NCBI GenBank assembly: GCA_964016885.1
Contig: OZ024740.1
Location: 417,446,001-417,510,000, forward strand
Length of the DNA stretch: 64,000 nucleotides
Source: Eledone cirrhosa
Lineage: Eukaryota
Reading direction: 5' to 3'
The notes under the pieces are model-generated. The model made no database searches, was not told the DNA's origin, and saw only the letters and a list, made by a program, of their open reading frames with translations. Numbering within the stretch: position 1 is the stretch's first letter; every line of letters starts with the position of its first letter. Positions 56,501 to 64,000 of this stretch are shown piece by piece. The translations under genes were made by a program, and so were the position numbers.

Positions 56501-57900
56501 CTGATATTACAGACGTGTGGTTAGAATGTCTCAGGAAAGAGTCTCTGAATTGAGAGATCACAGCTCTGATATTACAGACATGTGGCTAGAATGTCTCAGG
56601 AAAAAGTCTTTGAGGTGAGAGACCACAGCTCTGATATTACAGACATGTGGTTAGAATGTCTCAGGAAAGAATCTCCGAATTGAGAGATAACAGCTCTGAT
56701 ATTACAGACATGTGGTTAGAATGTCTCAGGAAAGAATCTCTGAATTGAGAGATCACAGCTCTGATATTACAGACATGTGGTTAGAATGTCTCAGAAAAGA
56801 ATCTCTGAATTGAGAGATCACAGCTCTGATATTACAGACATGTGGCTAGAATGTGTCAGGAAAGAACCTCTGAATTGAGAGACCACAGCTCTGATATTAC
56901 AGACATGTGGCTAGAATGTCTCAAGAAAGAGTCTCTCAATTGAGAGACCACAGCTCTGATATTACAGATATGTGTCTAGAATGTCTTAGAAAGAGTCTTT
57001 GAATTGAGAGACCACAGCTCTGATATTACAGGCATGTGGCTAGAATGTCTCAGGAAAGAATCTCTGAATTGAGAGACCACAGCTCTGATACTACAGACAT
57101 GTGGTTAGAATGTCTCTGGAAAGAATCTCTGAATTGAGAGACCACAGCTTTGATATTACAGACATGTCGTTAGAATGTCTCAGGAAAGAATCTCTGAATT
57201 CAGAGACCACAGCTCTGATACTACAGACATGTGGCTAGAATGTCTCAGGAAAGAGTCTCTGAATTGAGAGACCACAGCTCTGATAATACAGACATGGGGC
57301 TAGAATGTCTCAGGAAAGAGTCTCTAAATTGAGAGACCACAGCTCTGATATTACAGACATGTGGTTAGAATGTCTCAGGAAAGAATCTCCGAATTGAGAG
57401 ACCACAACTCTGATATTACAGACGTGTGGTTAGAATGTCTCAGGAAAGAGTCTCTGAATTGAGAGATCACAGCTCTGATATTACAGACATGTGGTTAGAA
57501 TGTCTCAAGAAAAAGTCTCTCAATTGAGAGACCACAGCTCTGATATTACAGACATGTGGCTAGAATGTCTCAGGAAAGAGTCTCTGAATTGAGAGACCAC
57601 AGCTCTGATATTAAAGACATGTGGCTAGAATGTCTCAGGAAAGAGTCTCTGAATTGAGAGACAACGGCTCTGATATTACAGACATGTGGTTAGAATGTCT
57701 CAGGAAAGAACCTCTGAATTGAGAGACCTCAGCTCTGATATTACAGACATGTGGTTAGAATGTCTCAGGAAAGAATCTCTGAATTGAGAGACCACAGCTC
57801 TGATACTACAGGCATGTGGTTAGAATGTCTCAGGAAAGAATCTCTGAATTGAGAGATCACAGCTCTGATATTACAGACATGTGGCTAGAATGTCTCAGGA
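52860..57900. repeat. Nested 21- and 16-monomer duplications (37-monomer, 2403-bp superunit)
   Basis: The 64-bp monomer GTGTCTAGAATGTCTTAGAAAG has its TT at 53219, 54583, 55622 and 56986 (spacings 1364, 1039, 1364). Confidence 0.87.
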
Positions 57901-60900
57901 AAAAGTCTTTGAGGTGAGAGATCACAGCTCTGATATTACTAGACATGTGGTTAGAATGTCTCAAGAAAGAGTCTCTGAATTGAGAGAACACAGCTCTGAT
58001 ATTACGGACATGTGGCTAGAATGTCTCAGGAAAGAGTCTCTGAATTGAGAGATCACAGCTCTGATATTACTAGACATGCGGTTAGAATGTCTGAGGAAAG
58101 TGTCTCTGAATTGAGAGACCACAGCTCTGATATTACAGACATGTGGGTAGAATGTCTCAGGAAAGAACCTCTGAATTGAGAGACCACAACTCTGATATTA
58201 CAGACATGTGGCTAGAATGTCTCAGGAAAGAACCTCTGAATTGAGAGACGACAGCTCTGATATTACAGACATGTGGCTGGAATGTCTCAGGAAAGAATCT
58301 CTGAATTGAGAGACCACAGCTCTGATATTACTAGACATGTGGTTAGAATGTCTCAGTAAAGAATCTATCTGTGAATTGAGAGACCACAGCTCTGATACTA
58401 CAGACATGTGGCTAGAATGTCTCAGGAAAGAGTCTCTGAATTGAGAGACCACAGCTCTGATGTTACAGACATGTGGTTAGAATGTCTCAGGAAAGAGTCT
58501 CTGAATTGAGAGATCACAGCTCTGATACTACAGACATGTGTTTAGAATGTCTCAGGAAAGAATCTCTGAATTGAGAGACCACAGCTCTGATACTACAGAC
58601 ATGGGGTTAGAATGTCTCAGGAAAGAGTCTCTGAATTGAGAGATCACAGCTCTGATATTACAGACATGTGGTTAGAATGTCTCAGGAAATAGTCTCTGAA
58701 TTGAGAGACCACAGCTCTGATATTACAGACGTGTGGTTAGAATGTCTCAGGAAAGAATCTCTGAATTGAGAGATCACAGCTCTGATATTACAGACATGTG
58801 GTTAGAATGTCTCAGGAAAGAATCTCTGAATTGAGAGATCACAGCTCTGATACTACAGACATGTGGTTAGAATGTCTCAGGAAAGAACCTCTGAATTGAG
58901 AGACCACAGCTCTGATACTACAGACATGTGGCTAGAATGTCTCAGGAAAGCGTCTCTGAATTGAGAGACCACAGCTCTGATGTTACAGACATGTGGTTAG
59001 AATGTCTCAGGAAAGAGTCTCTGAATTGAGAGATCACAGCTCTGATATTACAGACATGTGGTTAGAATGTCTCAGGAAAGAATCTCTGATTTGAGAGATA
59101 ACAGCTCTGATATTAGAGACATGTGGTTAGAATGTCTCAGGAAAGAATCTCTGAATTGAGAGATCACAGCTCTGATATTATAGACATGTGGTTAGAATGT
59201 CTCAGGAAAGAGTCTCTGAATTGAGAGATCACAGCTCTGATATTACAGACATGTGGCTAGAATGTCTCAGGAAAAAGTCTTTGAGGTGAGAGATCACAGC
59301 TCTGATATTACTAGACATGTGGTTAGAATGTCTCAAGAAAGAGTCTCTGAATTGAGAGACCACAGCTCTGATATTACGGACATGTGGCTAGAATGTCTCA
59401 GGAAAGAGTCTCTGAATTGAGAGATCACAGCTCTGATATTACTAGACATGCGGTTAGAATGTCTGAGGAAAGTGTCTCTGAATTGAGAGACCACAGCTCT
59501 GATATTACAGACATGTGGATAGAATGTCTCAGGAAAGAACCTCTGAATTGAGAGACCACAGCTCTGATATTACTAGACATGTGGTTAGAATGTCTCAAGA
59601 AAGAGTCTCTGAATTGAGAGACCACAGCTCTGATATTACGGACATGTGGCTAGAATGTCTCAGGAAAGAGTCTCTGAATTGAGAGATCACAGCTCTGATA
59701 TTACTAGACATGCGGTTAGAATGTCTGAGGAAAGTGTCTCTGAATTGAGAGACCACAGCTCTGATATTACAGACATGTGGATAGAATGTCTCAGGTAAGA
59801 ATCTCTGAATTGAGAGACCAGAGCTCTGATACTACAGACACGTGGTTAGAATGTCTCAGGAAAGAGTCTCTGAATTGAGAGACAACAGCTCTGATATTAC
59901 AGACATGTGGTTAGAATGTCTCAGGAAAGAATTTCTGAATTGAGAGATAACAGCTCTGATACTACAGACATGGGGCTAGAATGTCTCAGGAAAGAGTCTC
60001 TAAATTGAGAGACCACAGCTCTGATATTACAGACATGTGGTTAGAATGTCTCAGGAAAGAATCTCCGAATTGAGAGACCACAGCTCTGATATTACAGACG
60101 TGTGGTTAGAATGTCTCAGGAAAGAGTCTCTGAATTGAGAGATCACAGCTCTGATATTACAGACATGTGGTTAGAATGTCTCAAGAAAAAGTCTCTCAAT
60201 TGAGAGACCACAGCTCTGATATTACAGACATGTGGCTAGAATGTCTCAGGAAAGAGTCTCTGAATTGAGAGACCACAGCTCTGATATTAAAGACATGTGG
60301 CTAGAATGTCTCAGGAAAGAGTCTCTGAATTGAGAGACAACGGCTCTGATATTACAGACATGTGGTTAGAATGTCTCAGGAAAGAACCTCTGAATTGAGA
60401 GACCTCAGCTCTGATATTACAGACATGTGGTTAGAATGTCTCAGGAAAGAATCTCTGAATTGAGAGACCACAGCTCTGATACTACAGGCATGTGGTTAGA
60501 ATGTCTCAGGAAAGAATCTCTGAATTGAGAGATCACAGCTCTGATATTACAGACGTGTGGTTAGAATGTCTCAGGAAAGAGTCTCTGAATTGAGAGATCA
60601 CAGCTCTGATATTACAGACATGTGGCTAGAATGTCTCAGGAAAAAGTCTTTGAGGTGAGAGATCACAGCTCTGATATTACTAGACATGTGGTTAGAATGT
60701 CTCAAGAAAGAGTCTCTGAATTGAGAGAACACAGCTCTGATATTACGGACATGTGGCTAGAATGTCTCAGGAAAGAGTCTCTGAATTGAGAGATCACAGC
60801 TCTGATATTACTAGACATGCGGTTAGAATGTCTGAGGAAAGTGTCTCTGAATTGAGAGACCACAGCTCTGATATTACAGACATGTGGGTAGAATGTCTCA

Positions 60901-62490
60901 GGAAAGAACCTCTGAATTGAGAGACCACAACTCTGATATTACAGACATGTGGCTAGAATGTCTCAGGAAAGAACCTCTGAATTGAGAGACGACAGCTCTG
61001 ATTTTACAGACATGTGGCTGGAATGTCTCAGGAAAGAATCTCTGAATTGAGAGACCACAGCTCTGATATTACTAGACATGTGGTTAGAATGTCTCAGTAA
61101 AGAATCTATCTCTGAATTGAGAGACCACAGCTCTGATATTACAGACATGTGGTTAGAATGTCTCAGGAAATAGTCTCTGAATTGAGAGATCACAGCTCTG
61201 ATATTACAGACATGTGGTTAGAATGTCTCAGGAAAGAATCTCTGAATTGAGAGATCACAGCTCTGATACTACAGACATGTGGTTAGAATGTCTCAGGAAA
61301 GAACCTCTGAATTGAGAGACCACAGCTCTGATACTACAGACATGTGGCTAGAATGTCTCAGGAAAGAGTCTCTGAATTGAGAGACCACAGCTCTGATGTT
61401 ACAGACATGTGGTTAGAATGTCTCAGGAAAGAGTCTCTGAATTGAGAGATCACAGCTCTGATACTACAGACATGTGTTTAGAATGTCTCAGGAAAGAATC
61501 TCTGAATTGAGAGACCACAGCTCTGATACTACAGACATGGGGTTAGAATGTCTCAGGAAAGAGTCTCTGAATTGAGAGATCACAGCTCTGATATTACAGA
61601 CATGTGGTTAGAATGTCTCAGGAAATAGTCTCTGAATTGAGAGACCACAGCTCTGATATTACAGACGTGTGGTTAGAATGTCTCAGGAAAGAATCTCTGA
61701 ATTGAGAGATCACAGCTCTGATATTACAGACATGTGGTTAGAATGTCTCAGGAAAGAATCTCTGAATTGAGAGATCACAGCTCTGATACTACAGACATGT
61801 GGTTAGAATGTCTCAGGAAAGAACCTCTGAATTGAGAGACCACAGCTCTGATACTACAGACATGTGGCTAGAATGTCTCAGGAAAGCGTCTCTGAATTGA
61901 GAGACCACAGCTCTGATGTTACAGACATGTGGTTAGAATGTCTCAGGAAAGAGTCTCTGAATTGAGAGATCACAGCTCTGATATTACAGACATGTGGTTA
62001 GAATGTCTCAGGAAAGAATCTCTGATTTGAGAGATAACAGCTCTGATATTAGAGACATGTGGTTAGAATGTCTCAGGAAAGAATCTCTGAATTGAGAGAT
62101 CACAGCTCTGATATTATAGACATGTGGTTAGAATGTCTCAGGAAAGAGTCTCTGAATTGAGAGATCACAGCTCTGATATTACAGACATGTGGCTAGAATG
62201 TCTCAGGAAAAAGTCTTTGAGGTGAGAGATCACAGCTCTGATATTACTAGACATGTGGTTAGAATGTCTCAAGAAAGAGTCTCTGAATTGAGAGACCACA
62301 GCTCTGATATTACGGACATGTGGCTAGAATGTCTCAGGAAAGAGTCTCTGAATTGAGAGATCACAGCTCTGATATTACTAGACATGCGGTTAGAATGTCT
62401 GAGGAAAGTGTCTCTGAATTGAGAGACCACAGCTCTGATATTACAGACATGTGGATAGAATGTCTCAGGAAAGAACCTCTGAATTGAGAG
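57290..62490. repeat. Duplication of about 2.7-2.9 kb with whole-monomer indels
   Basis: ACAACGG at 57661/60337 (+2676), GAGAACAC at 57987/60728 (+2741), TGTTTAG at 58541/61477 (+2936). The offsets differ by 65 and 195. Confidence 0.82.
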
Positions 62491-64000
62491 ACCACAGCTC
62501 TGATATTACAGACATGTGGCTAGAATGTCTCAGGAAGGAGTCTCTGAATTGAGAGATCACAGCTTTGATATTACAGGCATGAGGCTAGAATGTCTCAGGT
62601 AAGAATCTCTGAATTGAGAGACCACAGCTCTGATACTACAGACACGTGGTTAGAATGTCTCAGGAAAGAGTCTCTGAATTGAGAGACAACAGCTCTGATA
62701 TTACAGACATGCGGTTAGAATGTCTCAGGAAAGAATTTCTGAATTGAGAGATAACAGCTCTGATACTACAGACATGCGGTTAGAATGTCTCAAGAAAGAG
62801 TCTCTCAATTGAGAGACCACAGCTCTGATATTACAGACATGTGGGTAGATTGTCTCAGGAAAGAGTCTCTGAATTGAGAGACCACATCTCTGATATTACA
62901 AACATGTGTTTAGAATGTCTCAGGAAAGAATCTCTGAATTGAGTGATCACAGCTATGATACTACAGACATGTGGTTAGAATGTCTCAGGAAAGAACCTCT
63001 GAATTGAGAGACCACAGCTCTGATATTACAGACATGTGGTTAGAATGTCTCAGGAAAGAATCTTCGAATTGAGAGGCCACAGAACTGATATTACAGACAT
63101 GTGGTTAGAATGTCTCAGGAAAGAATCTCTGAATTGAGAGACCACAGCACTGTAACTACAGACATGTGGTTAGAATGTCTCAGGAAAGAGTCTCTGAATT
63201 GAGAAATCACAACTCTGATGTTACAGACATGTGGTTAGAATGTCTCAGGAAAGAGTCTCTGAATTGAGAGACCACAGCTCTGATATTACAGACATGTGGT
63301 TAGAATGTCTCAGGAAAGAATCTCCGAATTGAGAGATAACAGCTCTGATATTACAGACATGTGGTTAGAATGTCCCAGGAAAGAATCTCTGAATTGAGAG
63401 ATCACAGCTCTGATATTACAGACATGTGGTTAGAATGTCTCAGGAAAGAATCTCTGAATTGAGAGATCACAGCTCTGATATTACAGACATGTGGCTAGAA
63501 TGTGTCAGGAAAGAACCTCTGAATTGAGAGACCACAGCTCTGATATTACAGACATGTGGCTAGAATGTCTCAAGAAAGAGTCTCTCAATTGAGAGACCAC
63601 AGCTCTGATATTACAGATATGTGTCTAGAATGTCTCAGGAAAGAGTCTTTGAATTGAGAGACCACAGCTCTGATATTACAGGCATGTGGCTAGAATGTCT
63701 CAGGAAAGAATCTCTGAATTGAGAGACCACAGCTCTGATACTACAGACATGTGGTTAGAATGTCTCTGGAAAGAATCTCTGAATTGAGAGACCACAGCTT
63801 TGATATTACAGACATGTCGTTAGAATGTCTCAGGAAAGAATCTCTGAATTGAGAGACCACAGCTCTGATACTACAGACATGTGGCTAGAATGTCTCAGGA
63901 AAGAGTCTCTGAATTGAGAGACCACAGCTCTGATAATACAGACATGGGGCTAGAATGTCTCAGGAAAGAGTCTCTAAATTGAGAGACCACAGCTCTGATA

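Larger units (their letters stand above)
1..64000. repeat. 65-bp tandem satellite array, about 980 head-to-tail monomers, open at both window edges
   Basis: Monomer starts at 1, 67, 132, 197, 262, 327, 392... give a 65-bp period (the first copy is 66 bp because of a 1-bp insertion). The same consensus is readable continuously to position 64000, with typically 0-4 differences per monomer. The consensus has 26/65 G+C and no CpG. Confidence 0.99.

Noticed and set aside
3545-61193. 25 near-identical minus-strand ORFs of 66-76 aa
   Set aside because: They are translations of the satellite (FLRHSNHM recurs with the monomer). They stay open only where +1/+4 insertion monomers shift frame past stops. 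65 is not a multiple of 3, and there is no recognisable domain or gene context.
1-64000. CRISPR or CRISPR-like array (partly palindromic repeats at regular spacing)
   Set aside because: There are no unique spacers: every part of the unit is conserved apart from point variants. No leader or cas genes are present.
1-64000. Information-bearing code in the four common polymorphic sites
   Set aside because: The variant order is explained by descent through nested duplications; nothing in the sequence indicates a reading mechanism.
1-64000. Tandem tRNA, 5S, snRNA or spliced-leader genes, or MITE/transposon termini
   Set aside because: No cloverleaf, A/B boxes, poly-T terminator, target-site duplication or flanking unique DNA. 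The inverted repeats are internal to the monomer.
1-64000. 3 x 65 = 195 bp as a nucleosome-phasing unit
   Set aside because: I saw no trimer periodicity in the variant pattern; it is only a numerical coincidence without MNase data.

Overview
All 64 kb is one uninterrupted, head-to-tail tandem satellite of about 980 monomers (64000/65). The monomer is 65 bp and about 40% GC, with consensus CTCTGATATTACAGACATGTGGTTAGAATGTCTCAGGAAAGARTCTCTGAATTGAGAGAYCACAG. All copies lie in the same orientation. I saw no unique sequence, transposon, RNA gene or credible protein-coding gene; the 25 ORFs are frame artefacts of +1 and +4 bp monomer variants. Diagnostic variants show a patchwork of nested local duplications (9-, 12-, 21-, 22-, 26-, 30- and about 88-90-monomer units) rather than one fixed higher-order repeat, and the variant sets differ between the left, middle and right of the window. 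The monomer is rich in dyad symmetry: an 18-bp near-perfect palindrome RTCTCT-G-AATT-G-AGAGAY and a second stem AGACAT-N9-ATGTCT, with several variants perfecting these symmetries. This looks like eukaryotic heterochromatic or centromere-type satellite DNA (inference). I do not recognise the family or species, and I cannot support a gene-based novel system here. Block boundaries were read by eye and are good to about one or two monomers.
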